Positions 11,941 through 23,784 of a stretch of DNA of 64,000 bases are shown here, one piece after another; within the stretch, counting starts at the first letter, position 1, and each line of letters begins with the position of its first letter. The translations under genes and the position numbers were made by a program. The notes beneath the pieces were generated by a model that worked only from the letters and a program-made list of their open reading frames with translations, searched no databases and was not told the DNA's origin. Source of the DNA: Takakia lepidozioides (taxonomy: Eukaryota; Plantae; Bryophyta); NCBI GenBank assembly GCA_030704615.1, contig CM060731.1, forward strand, positions 12,586,001-12,650,000. Reading direction: 5' to 3'.

Positions 11941-14410
11941 ATGGCACATGTTGAGAGGGAAGCTACCGCCCCGGGCAATGGATTCAGAATGATGGAGATG
12001 TGGACGTTCGTGGCATCCATTGCTGGGTTGTGGGCATTCTTTCAGCATCTGATGCCACCTGAGTACCGGAACGTTTTAGAGGTTTGGGTCAAGACTGCCT
12101 TCAACTTCCTTTCGCCCTATGCTTTCTTCGATGTTCCCGAGTTCTATGGAGCAGGTGGCAACGAGATCTATGACTATGTGCAAACGTACTTGAGCTCTTC
12201 CACCGCCATTTCTGCCCAACACGTCAATTTGTGCCGGCCCAAGAATGCGAGTCAGAATACCTTCTCATTGGCCAACAATGTGTCGATCCAAGAGAAGTTC
12301 ATGGGGGCTCCTTTATGGTGGACCCATCACGTGTCTGAACGCCAAAGTAACCACATCAATTGGAGTGACGATGCAAATGATGAGAAGCGCACATACACTC
12401 TGAAGATTCGCAAGTCCGATAAGACTAGAGTTCTGGAACCTTATGTGGAACACGTTTTTACGACAGCCAAGGATGTGAAGGAAAAACAGCGAGACAGACT
12501 CCTCTATACCAACGTCGCGAGCAGCGGGTATGTCTCTCTCCCACTCGTCTTCAATCCTTTCTAGATAATTCATCAGTTCATGTCCAGGCGAGTTTTCATT
12601 GGGAAAGATGTATTAAAGGACTTCAGTAAGTACTTGCGAACCTGTCAGGAGCATTTATAGATTAATCAGCTGGTATTGTTCGATGTCTAGACTCTTCCTG
12701 ACACATCAGTGGCACTAAGGAACTGCCCTTATGTCCAGAGTAACTCTCGCATCATGGACTGTGTTTTTTGTAATCTTGAAGCAACGCACCTCGAGTCACT
12801 CTTGGTCTTCAAGTAGGCAGACAGGTAATCGTGACTGGGCTGATCTTGCAATTTTTGTACATGGGGAGTTCTAGGTAGCTGAATGGACTTACCTGATGAG
12901 ATAGTATCTTAGAAGTATCCATTTGATTGCAAGTGCAGTACCTAACGGGCGGTCCGTGTGTTGTAGAAGATATAAGCCCCGCGTATGGGAGTCGGTGCCT
13001 TTCAAGCACCCTTCGACATTCGACACTCTAGCCATGGACCCAGAGCTTAAAGCAGAGATAAAGGAGGACCTTGAGGACTTCACCAAGGGAAAGGAATTCT
13101 ATCAAAGAGCAGGAAAGGCTTGGAAACGAGGCTACTTGTTGTATGGGCCTCCTGGTACTGGCAAATCAAGCATGATAGCAGCCATCGCCAATTTTCTTCA
13201 TTACGATGTGTATGATGTTGAACTCACAGAAGTAAACTCAAATTCTGAGCTGAGAAAACTGCTAATTCAAACCACCAATCGTTCTGTCATTGTCATTGAG
13301 GACATTGATTGCTCCATCGACCTGACGGAGCGCGCCAAGGCCCGCAAAAAGGAGGCAAAGCCGAACGCCGGTAGCAGGATGCCTGGCCAGCCCGACAACC
13401 CCGAGGTCAGACTTCTACTTCTTCCTCCTCCGCGCCCTTTCAAATTTGAAGGCATATCTGCAGAATTAAAGCTTTTCCGTCAATTCTCTTGAAATTCTCT
13501 CCAGATGCAGTGATCACTGAGATGTCACGCAGTCATTGCATTCAGGAAAGTGCAGATCTATTTACATTCTCAAGTGTCAAGGATAGGTCTGTGACTTGTG
13601 TGACTTCAGCTGCACATAACCGTTTTGTTGGGTTCTCTTGGAAAAAAGTATCCCTTTCAAAGCCGTAACTACATTAAAATACTGCAACTGCAGTTCATCT
13701 AAGATCTGGGTACCGACACCAATTCAGTGAGATCAGCATCTTTGGCAAAAGAATGGCAATTTCTAGTATTGAAACCGTATATTCTGATCTTTCAGGAATG
13801 ACCAGATTCCTGAAAGTCGATCCTCAACCTGTACTCGACTAGCTAATAACTGGATCGTGAATCAACTTGAACAATATAACCAATTTTCTAGACGATTCTG
13901 ATCAACATGTGCGTGCAGGTGAGCAAAGTTACTCTCTCAGGCCTCCTCAACTTCACAGACGGGCTGTGGTCGTGCTGTGGGAGCGAGCGCATCATCGTCT
14001 TCACCACCAACCACATCGACAAGCTGGATCCTGCGCTGCTGCGGTCGGGCAGAATGGACATGCACATTCACATGTCGTGGTGCTCCTTCCCCGCCTTCCG
14101 CGTGCTGGCCCTCAACAACCTCCTGCTCCACGACCACCCCCTGTTTCCGGCCCTGGAATCCGCCTTCGCCGGCAAGGCCATCACGCCGGCCGACGTCAGT
14201 GAAATTCTGACGAGAAAGAAAAGAGACCCCACAAATGCGCTCGAAATCCTCTTGGAATCCCTCGCTACCACAAAGAACATTTCCGACCTTCCGGCGCCGG
14301 CTCCGGCTGCCGCATTAAACGACGACCAAACCTCAGAAGACGACTCGCCCCCGACGGATGACAACTCCGACGAGGTGGCCCCGGAAATTAAACCGGCCAC
14401 GGAATTGTAA
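11941..14410 (+). CDS. BCS1-like plant AAA-ATPase (AAA_assoc + AAA domain), 3 exons, ~505 aa
   Basis: Exons 11941-12527, 12967-13405, 13919-14410 (1518 nt, in frame; alternative ATG at 11989). Motifs HPSTFDTLAMD, KRGYLLYGPPGTGKSS (Walker A), IVIEDIDCS (Walker B), VTLSGLLNFTDGLWS, FTTNH, DPALLRSGRMDMHI. Confidence 0.95.
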
Positions 14411-14865
14411 TTTTTCTCTAGAAACATATTATTGTTATGGAACACAGTGCAAAAGTTGAAGTTGGAACACTCTGCCCTTGAAATTCACTCTTGGACTCCC
14501 TTGCTGCCACAAATGAACTTTGGGCACCAGCATTGGACTAACTTATGATGATGATGAAACCTCAGAAAACGACTCGCCCCGCGGATGACACCTACAAGAC
14601 CTGGGACAATAAGCCGGCGACGGAATTGTAATTTATCTCTAGAAACATTGTTATGGACAGACTGCCAAAAGTTGAGGTTGAAGTTTAGTTTACCCATCAT
14701 GGAACCCCACAATTGCACTTGAAACCCTCTTGGACTCCCTTCCTGCAACAAACAAACTTTCGGCACCGGCATTGGGCTATGATCAAACCTCAGAAGACGA
14801 CTCACCCCCCACGGATGACAACTCGACGAGGTGGCCCGGAACATTAAACAGGCTTTGGAGTAATA
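14248..14865 (+). repeat. Three tandem ~240-bp copies of the AAA-ATPase C-terminal coding end and proximal 3' UTR
   Basis: ctcttgga.tccct...aaacctcagaa.acgactc.ccc...ggatgaca starts at ~14249 (in CDS), ~14488 and ~14727. Confidence 0.85.
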
Positions 14866-17695
14866 ACTTTTCCATAGTTAAAGTTTGTTTATCGGTTGCG
14901 GAAAGACCCGCTTGCTCATTTCGGAGTGGTTTAATGAGCTTGAAGGGCCCTTTAGTGTGTCAAGTTATTTTACCATTAATGTGAAGTTAGCTAGGAAATA
15001 GCTAGCTTTTATATATTGACATTTGGGATTGATCCAAGTGTCAATCCAGGAGCCAATACATGTTTGGGCACCTGACGTTGTTATCTTCACGGCAGATCGT
15101 GGTGGGCTCATCTTTATCGAGTTGAGCCTCACCGCGTCTAGCTATGGCGCCGTAGTGTGGATTTCCCATGGCGTGGGGTCACTTGGCTCGACTTAATATA
15201 TGAGTGATGTTTTCATGTGCGAGTGTGTGAGTTTGAGAGAGCTTGTATGCTTGTATCATTCCCTTTTCTTATCACTCGAGAAAGATCAGTGCTACAACTA
15301 ACTCGAACCTGACACTCACAGACTCGAGCTTGTGTTTTCAGATCATGAGAAGCGGTTCAGCCTAGAGTGCATGGAGCCGTGCATGAGCCTATCCAAAGCG
15401 GATAGAGTGCAAAGGCGAATAGGTTGCAGGTTTGCCATGGATAGAGAAGCGGGTAGCCTATGTTGAAGAGCGGTGTTGCATAGCTCAATGCTATGGCAAC
15501 CAAGTTTGGGCTTCTAGTGTGAAGCGGAGGAGATGCTAGCCACGAGTGGGCGAATTGGTGGTCGACTTCTTCAGCTGCAGGCCGAGTTAAGGAGCTGCTG
15601 AAATGTGGGTTGCGCATGGGAAGTTAGCATGTTGCAGGTTGGAGATGACATGATCAGCTCCAAGTATTTCTAGTTGTTGCGGGTAGATGAGGAGCAGCCG
15701 AATGGTGGAGCTGCGAGGAGATGCATTGCGCCCATTGGGAGCTTCAGCTCCAAGCTCATGAAGAGGTATGAGTGAAGAGAGGGGGCCGGTCCCTCTTGTG
15801 TGCAAATCAGTGCACTTGTGAAACATGTGCTGAGTTGGAGTTTCAATCTGAAACTCAGCAGTGTAAGGGCTCTTGGAGTGGCAAGAGCGGGGCTGGAAGG
15901 GCAACAACGAGGCGCCCTAGAGCCAAGGGAGATGCATGAGAAGTGCAGGTGTACCAATTTTGTAAACGTGTGTATTTTCATATTTGTTTTTGTGAGCTTC
16001 ATGAAGAAAAATGAGCTTGTTGGGCAGCATATAGCTTGCTTGTTGAGTTGGGGGCACTTCTAGTGGGCCGTGAGAGCTCAGGAGTGCAGGGCGACGGGGC
16101 TGATGGCTCCGCAGAAGCCATAGCTCAGCAGCAGCAGGTGCAGGAGCAAACCCTAGCTCGGGAACGCGTGGGAACGCCGGGAACACCTCAGGAATGCATG
16201 GGAACTCGTTGGGAGTTCCAGGGATCGCAGGGAATAGTGGTCGTGATGGGCCGTTGGGGCGGTATCACGAGATACCACGAGCCCAGGTCGTGATGGTTGA
16301 CCGTGACCGTTGACTGTGACCGTTGGAAGTCGTGGTGCGGATATAACGGGTGGGCACGGTGAACAGATCGTGGGGATGGTGGGCCGTGAAGGCTCGTGGG
16401 AGTGGTACCACGGGGTATCACTGGGCAGCCCGTGGCCAACGAGTGCCTAGGGCGGGCCGTGAGGAGTCGTGGCGGTTAGAGCCACGGAAGGCCGCAAGGC
16501 AGAGTGAATAAAATAAATTAAAAAATAAATAAATAAAAATCACTCGTTTCGTGGGACCTTGATGGGGAGGCTGGGCTCTGAAGAACAACGGTTTTGAGCT
16601 AGCTGATCCGGCAGAAAAGTCGGAATTGCCTCCTTGTTGCGTTTTAACAAAGGGGATTACTTCCCTGCAGGTAATCTTTTCGGGTTTTCAGCCCAATTCT
16701 TAACTATGGGGAAGACCAGCCTGCAGGTAATTCCTTTGGACAAAATGTTGTTGGGGCCTATATGTACCTCTATTTGCTCCATTTTTTAACCTTCAGTGAA
16801 CGGAGTGGTTTCCTGAGATGGTTCCATTAGGAGGAATGGCTGGTGGACGTAAGGAGGCATTGGCGGACCCTGTGAAGGCTTGCATGGGGCCTTGGAGGCC
16901 AAGTTTCATGAGCTCGTGGAGGGCGGTTTGAGGAGTGTATTCAGGATGCTCTCATGGTTATGCAAGTGAGAGAAGAGAGGAAAAAAGAGGGTGTTGGAAT
17001 GAGAGCGTGCTTGGGATAGACATTGTTTTAGCTTCTCTTCCTTGTAGCTTTCCACCTTCTCTGTAGGCCGAGACCTTTCTGTAGGTGGAGGCAAGAGTCA
17101 GTCCGGGTTTGGGCTGGGTTGCAGGAGCGACACTATGGAGTTATTTTTGGTCTGGGGGAGTTGTTGTTTTCATTCTTGTGTTTGGATCCCCTCCACACAT
17201 GCATGCTTGATTGTGCGCCATGCTAGTTTTGTGTGGGCGCTTGATTTTATAGGTGGTGGACTCAGGCTTTATCGCCGATCCCACCCTAGAGCATGTTGTC
17301 GATGGTGAGGCTGGGTTGATGACCAGTCAGACCATCTTTGTTTCTCCTGTGGTGAGGTTGGAGGTGATGACATGCCAACCATAGGAGTGTCTACGGTGGA
17401 TGCAGGTGCAAGTGCAGGCTATGTTAGGAACCTAGTATTCCAAACCATAAACCGCATCATGTTCTCTACCCGGTTACCTTGTGGAGAGGGGGTTAGAGAC
17501 AGGTTCATGACCGGTTGAGTGTTAGTTTGTCAACACGGAGGTGCCACTAGTTGCTGGGGAAAGTGCCGGTACGAGCACTAGCGATACTAGCGGGTATACG
17601 AGACGAGGTGTGCGGTTTAGGCCACCTTTATCTCCTGTGTCTTCTACGGAAGGTTCTAATTCGGATGGTGAATCAGGAGGACTCTCATCGGCGGT

Positions 17696-19462
17696 GTGCA
17701 AGTTGTTTCCTTGCCATTGTTGTGGGACACGATGGAGGAGATGTATGGAGCCACCAAGGAGCCACGAAGGTACTCTGGGGCGGTGGGCACCATTGAGTTG
17801 GATGATTTTATCCAAGAGTTTGATAGTTGGTGTGACTTGCAGCAAATGCGCAATCCACAACTGTTTACACCTTTCATGGCATGGAATGGGCTGTTTCAGC
17901 ACCTTGAAGGGCCGCCCATGGATGATTACCATGAGTTTAGACGGGGGCACGATGTTGAGATCGAGGAGTGGAGGATGTACTGGTCACCCGACTATGTCTC
18001 CATCACTAGAGGCACTAGAGGCACTAGAGGCACAAGGGCAGCAGCCACACCGGCAGCTGCGCCAGCAGCAGCAGCTATAAGAGCAGCTTCCACGAGTAGT
18101 AGTGGGACTAGTGGTACATCAACTACGACGTCCACCCAAGCTGCTGCTGCACCAGCACCAGTGGCGGTGCCTGCCTTCAATCCTGTTGTGGAGAAGTTGA
18201 GAAGGAACTACCAAGGGGTGAGGATAGAGAAGTTGAGGAGCTTGCAAGAGTTGCAACGGAAGCCTACTGAGAGCTTGAGGGAGGCTTTCACTCGCATGAG
18301 GCGCTTGATTAATGTAACCCAAGGGGTTACGGAGGCTCAGGCAGTCCAGTTCTGGTACGGGATATTGGACAAGGAGCTGAGGAGAAGGGTGTGGGATGCA
18401 ACTCTCCTACGAGTGGCCCAACCCACCTTAGCAAATGTGTTTTTGCTGGCAGAGCGGATAGAGCTCAACATGGTGGAGGAACGAGTGGTCATGGTGGGAT
18501 TTGCTAAGGAGGCACCACGGGGTAGTGGTGCTCCTAGCCAGCCACTACCTCAACATGCTCAAGGCAGCAAGGGGGCTCAGGTGAAGCCTAGGAAAGGGCA
18601 GAGAGGACCTCAGATGCAGGGGTCTCTCCCTTCATTTGCTGGCCAACAACGGGCGGATGTGGTGTGCTGGACATGTGGAGGACCCCATGTCAAGAAGGAT
18701 TGCCCAGAGGGAGGCAATGGTTTGGCACCGGCACAACCTGCACAGGTGCAGTGTAGGCATTGTGGTAGGTACGGGCATGGAGAGGCCCAGTGCTATGGTT
18801 TGCACCCTGAGTTGTGCCCATGCCAGTTCGAAGGGAACAATGGTGGACGTGGGCAAGGTGGAGCAGCCCAGAGAGGAGGAGGTGGCCAGAAACGAGGTGC
18901 AGGCCAAGGGCAGGCTCAACATGGCCAAGGACGCGGAGGTCAGGGTGGTGACCAAGGCATGGCCGACCGGCTTCAGCAGCTAGAGCAGAGGTTCGCTGCC
19001 ATGGCCACAGCTCAGGTGGTACCGGCTCCAAGGCTGGATGGTCCACCTCCTGCTCCTGAGGGAGGAGACTTAGGAGGCATGGGATTCATGTGCGGGGCAG
19101 CACTACCACTAGTAAGGGGTGCCACTACCACTACCACTATGGGTGGGGCACCACTACCACTGGTGAGGGGTGCCACTACCACTACCACTGTGGGTGGGGC
19201 ACCACTACCACTAGTGTCGAGCAGTACTACCACTACCACTATGTGCGGGGCAGGATTACCACTAGTGCAAGTGGAATCCGCTGCGGCAGTGACTCGAGAA
19301 GCAGCACGAGTTCCTGAGCCACGGGGTGTGGAGGTGGAGTTGGATCCACAACGTGGGGAGGCAAGCCGTCAGGCCAGGCTTCCTCAGTCAGTAATTAATT
19401 ACATAGCCCGCATTTTTGCTACGACTCCGGAGTCGTTGACCCCACTTCTGCCCACCGTCTGA
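17696..19462 (+). CDS. gag: Gag of the Ty3/gypsy element (C-terminus reads into inserted sequence after ~19390)
   Basis: 588-aa ORF with retrotransposon gag-type core (LQRKPTESLREAFTRM, QFWYGIL) and zinc knuckles CWTCGGPHVKKDC and CRHCGRYGHGEAQC. Confidence 0.85.
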   Translation: MQVVSLPLLWDTMEEMYGATKEPRRYSGAVGTIELDDFIQEFDSWCDLQQMRNPQLFTPFMAWNGLFQHLEGPPMDDYHEFRRGHDVEIEEWRMYWSPDYVSITRGTRGTRGTRAAATPAAAPAAAAIRAASTSSSGTSGTSTTTSTQAAAAPAPVAVPAFNPVVEKLRRNYQGVRIEKLRSLQELQRKPTESLREAFTRMRRLINVTQGVTEAQAVQFWYGILDKELRRRVWDATLLRVAQPTLANVFLLAERIELNMVEERVVMVGFAKEAPRGSGAPSQPLPQHAQGSKGAQVKPRKGQRGPQMQGSLPSFAGQQRADVVCWTCGGPHVKKDCPEGGNGLAPAQPAQVQCRHCGRYGHGEAQCYGLHPELCPCQFEGNNGGRGQGGAAQRGGGGQKRGAGQGQAQHGQGRGGQGGDQGMADRLQQLEQRFAAMATAQVVPAPRLDGPPPAPEGGDLGGMGFMCGAALPLVRGATTTTTMGGAPLPLVRGATTTTTVGGAPLPLVSSSTTTTTMCGAGLPLVQVESAAAVTREAARVPEPRGVEVELDPQRGEASRQARLPQSVINYIARIFATTPESLTPLLPTV

Positions 19463-19577
19463 AATGCCCCCTGTGGGCCCACATTGTCCGTTTCGACTCT
19501 CCAGTAGTCCCGCTTACCGCCAAGTGGTTCCCGGAGTGGTTGGTGGACACCCAATCGATTCGAAAAAGACACGAATG

Positions 19578-21330
19578 CTTCTAGTGATTCCAGATTTGAC
19601 AATATCACCATGGACCTCTTTGCCCTTTTCCAGGGCTGCCAGACTTGCACAAGCATTGCAATCACACACAAACGTGATGTGGTTAGGCTTCACCCCTTCC
19701 CCCATCATTTGATCATAGGTCTCCAAAGCCACCAACCCACGTCCCTGCAAGCATTGCGTGCCACGACACCACATCTTGTTTAGCCATAGTGTTGAAAACT
19801 CTCTTCACATCCTTACACTTTGGATAATGTGAATGTGCACCTGCTTTCCAGCTTCCAGACCTTTCATCTTGATGCACTTAAGCAAGAGACAAACAAACGT
19901 ATCTGAATATGATGAAATGCCTCCCACATTTGGCAGACATGTCCACTAGGGTATCGTTCAGAATGACATCTGGTACAATTCCAGCTTTCGCGATGCAACC
20001 ATGGACCTCTTTGCCATTTTCTAGGGCTGCATGCAGGCTTGCACATGCATTGCAATCACACACAAACATGAAGTTTTTGGTTTCACCCCTTCCCCCATCA
20101 TTTGATCATAGGTCTCCAAAGCCACCATCCCACGTCCCTGTTGTGCATACCCGCGTGCCATGACACAACATCTTGTTCAGCCACAGTGTTGAAAACTCCC
20201 TTCGCATCTGGTACAATTGCAGCTTTCGCGATGTAACCATGGACCTCTTTGCCCTTTTCTAGGGCTGCCAGGCTTGCACACGCATTACAAATGCACACAA
20301 AAGTGATGTGGTTGGTCTTCACCCCTTCCCACATCATTTGATCATAGGTCTCCGAGGCCACCATCCTACGTCCCTGCTGTGCATACCCTGCAAGCATCGC
20401 GTGCCACGACACCACATCTTGTTCAGCCATAGCGTTGAAAACTCCCTTCACATCCTCAATGCACCCACATTTGGCATACATGTCCACCAGGGCAGTGTTC
20501 AGAATGCTTTGACGATGTCACCATGGACCTCTTTTCCCCTTTTCCAGAGCTCCCAGGCTTGCACACGCATTGCAATCACAAACAGATGTGATGTGGTTGG
20601 GCTTCACCCCTTCATGTAGCATTTACTCATAGGTCTCCAAAGCATTCCTACCACACCCATGCTTGGTAAATCCTTCCAACATTTCCACGTGATCAAAGAT
20701 CGATCGTTGAGGCATTCGGTTGAACACTTGGTGAGCATCCATGATGCTCCCGCACTTAATACATACATGATGACAAGGGTGTTAAAGAGAAAAACACTTG
20801 GCGTGAATCACTTTGGATAATGTGAGTGTGCACTTGCTTTCCAGCTTCCAGACCTTTCATCTTGATGCACTTAAGTAGAAGATAGACAAACGTATCTGAA
20901 TCTGTTGGAATGCCTCCGACATTTGGCATACATGTCCACGAGGGTATTATTCAGAATGACATTTGGTACAATTCCAGCTTTCCCAATGCAACCATGCACC
21001 TCTTTGCCCTTTTCCAGGGCTGCCAGGCTTGCAGATGCAAACAAACATTATGTGGTTGGGCACGTGCATCGCGTACACCACACCTTTTCCAGAGATCCCA
21101 AGCTTGCACACGCATTGCAAACACAAACAAATGTCGAGCTTTTTTCTCCTCATCTCTGCTATCTGTTTTTGTCAAAGTCATTCCAAACTACCACAGATCT
21201 ACCCAATGAGCTAACTTACAGAATTCAATATTCATCTCAGGGCGAGTCTGATGAGAGGGAAAAACAGGCTGAAATAGGTCGAAGAAGAAGGTGCCTTCAC
21301 CACATTGTCCTTGACAATTCAGTATGCATT
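19578..21330 (-). pseudogene. Fragmented, internally duplicated PLS-class PPR (RNA-editing factor type) gene inside the gypsy element
   Basis: Repeated motifs DMYAKCGCIEDVKGVFNAMAEQDVVSWHAMLAGYAQQG, EGVKPNHITFVC..NACASLAALEKGKEVH, TLVDMYAKC, broken by frameshifts and deletions; degenerate N-terminal segment MW*RHLLLRPISACFSL near 21300; no E/DYW domain visible. Confidence 0.9.
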
Positions 21331-22432
21331 CAGGGCAGAGTCTGACAGGGCCTTGTCATTGACTGAGCAGGCAGGGAGTACTGCTCATGAGGTTGCGGCA
21401 TAGCAACCATGGGACGCGTCTACTACCTCTAAGTCTGCTGGACTTAAGGTTGCAGTTACGGAGGGCAATTGGGAGCCTGACATTGGACCCATTGTCACTA
21501 GAGGAGAGAGACGATGTATACGGCAGTTCCTGAGGCTTACATGAATTGCTTTGTCCCTCGTGCTACGGTGGAGGAGCATGAGAGACATGTTCAGCATCGA
21601 CCGGGTTTGGTCAATAGGGATGCGGATGGATTGATTCGCAATCCATGCACGAGCCAACATGATGACACTGGAGTTCGGTGGCATGGTGAGACGGATGAGG
21701 AGATGGTGTCGGGATGGCATGCATCTGCCTTTTTGTGTATCTTGGCATCGGGAGGTCAGGTTGGACCTACAACAGGATGACTATAGACGGAGTGTCTGAG
21801 GACCCTGAGGCTAGTGATGAGCCAAGTGGTGCCAGAGATATACATGAGGATTCGGTTGTGTTGGACTACCTCCGCACTGGAGACACGGCAGCTAGTGTGA
21901 CTGCCAAGGACAGGGATCAGATCCTGCAACGAGCCAAGAGGTTCAAGTGGGAGGGGATACACTTGCTTCGAGTGTGGGAGGATGGTCGGGTGAGGATCGT
22001 GCCTCACCCAAAACATGCACTTAACTTCGGCATGCCCATGAGGAGTTGGGGCATTTTGGAGTGTGACGCACTCATAGTTTACTGCAGGGGCAGTATTGGT
22101 GGCGTGGTATGCACACAGAGGTGCAACAATTCGTGGCTAGGTGCATGGGTGTGACAGGATGCGTGCTTCATTCAACGTCCCTACACCACAGTTGCATCCA
22201 TTACCCATCATGGGATTGGGCTACACGTGGAGTTTTGACTTCGCAGGGCCGTTGCCATTGACAATGTGCCACCACAGATATGTGTTGGTGATGGTGGAGC
22301 ACTTCTCCAAGTGGATTGAGTTGATTCCATTGCCTGACAAGGTTAGTGAGGGGGCTGCGTATGCATTCATGGATCGTGTGCTTAGCCGATTTGGTGCTCC
22401 AGCTGAGGTACTCACGGACCAAGGGAAAGAGT

Positions 22433-23451
22433 TGTCGAGCGGCTTTTACTCACCCATCCCTTCGCTATCCGAGGTGGAAACTCCAAGATAGAAGAGTTGG
22501 ATATCTCTAAGCACTCAGCCCGCTCAGTACAATCAGTCATGACCTGCAGCTAGTGAATCATGGTTGGGCTTCCCCTTTGTATTCCTTCTTGCCTTCATAT
22601 TATCAATTACCTTATCTGATACTGAAGCATCAGATTGCTTCAGTATCTTCTTAGTTCCAGTTAATCATGCATTCATTTCGCAGCTTCACTCATGTCTCTC
22701 TACACAGTGTGCTTGTATCGAATAAGTATCAGATTACAATTTATCAGGTACTATGCCAATGTCAAGTGACTCCAATCCGCCCTACAGTATCACTACAGCT
22801 CTGCATGAAGCAAACATCTACTGTACATCTCTCCTCCTTCTCCGTGCTCTCGTTCTTGCTCTCCGCCTGATCTCCTCTCCTCCATGACCATCCAGTGCTT
22901 CCCCGTGAAGTGTCCTTCTTTCCGTTGTCGCTCTCCTTATCTGCCCCCCAAGCTGTTCTAACCACCTAACTAATTAACCGTTATCCCCGAAGTATCACGT
23001 TCATTCTGCAGATGTCGTTCCCTCACAGTCGTTCCCTGCCATTGATAATTGTTCCCCATGTACTGTGACAGGCTGTGTCAAGCTGTGCCGAGCTGTGACT
23101 GGCTGTGTCAGCTGTGTTGGCTGTGCCGGCTATGACTGGCTGTGTCGGGCTGTGTCGGCTGTGACGGGCTGTGGCGGCCGTGCAAAGCTGTGTCAGGCTG
23201 TGTCGGCTATGATTGGCTGTGACAGACTGTGTCGGCTGTGCGAAGCTGTGTCAGGCTGTGTCGGCTGTGATTGGCTGTGACGGACTGTGTCGGGCTGTGT
23301 CGGCTGTGACGGGCTGTGTCGGGCTGTGTAACCCCCCCTTAAAGTGCGCTGCTATCACCCCTAAGGCTCATGTTGGTCTCAGTCTACGCAAAAATTAAGG
23401 GTACCCCACAGAACCCGTAAAAGCGTCTAAGTCCCAAGCAGCCCTCTAACA
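22433..23451 (-). mobile_element. 3' LTR (~1.0 kb) of a second LTR retrotransposon inserted into the gypsy integrase
   Basis: On the minus strand the PPT GAGAGGGGGGAGGGGTAAA (23452-23470) is followed by TGTTAGAG...CTCGACA; the host integrase breaks right after TDQGKE. Confidence 0.8.
23063..23328. repeat. Tandem array of ~9-10-nt GGCTGTGTC-type units inside the LTR
   Basis: Visible run of ggctgtgtc / ggctgtgac / ggctgtgcc units. Confidence 0.9.
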
Positions 23452-23784
23452 TTTACCCCTCCCCCTCTCAAAAAGCCGTGTCCTCACGGTTTACTATTTG
23501 GGATTATTAAACCTTTGTGAGCGAGCACCCTTCTGACGGTGAGAGTCTCGTGAAGGACTCCGTGTGCGAGCCCGAGTCCTGTCACTGGTTGACGGAGATG
23601 ATTGAGCACTACCTGGAAATGTCAGTCCATCCTTTGGCTGATATCGTGGTAACCAGGCATAGGAGATCCCCGTCGTTTCTTCTCTGCCATCTGAATTGCG
23701 TAGTCCTCTGCCATGTCAAAAGAGTCCGCTGAAGAAACAGTAGTATCAGAGTCTTCGTCGCCCCTCATGTGTTTTAAAGATACC

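Larger units (their letters stand above)
15079..22432 (+). mobile_element. Internally deleted and interrupted Ty3/gypsy LTR retrotransposon
   Basis: Tentative 5' LTR 15079(TGTT)-17501(GACA); gag at 17696-19390; RNase H end (VQHRPGLVNRDADGL) at ~21590; integrase zinc finger and core (WSFDFAGPLP, VEHFSKWIELIPL, RFGAPAEVLTDQG) to 22432. RH-INT order is gypsy-type; no protease or RT visible. Confidence 0.82.
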
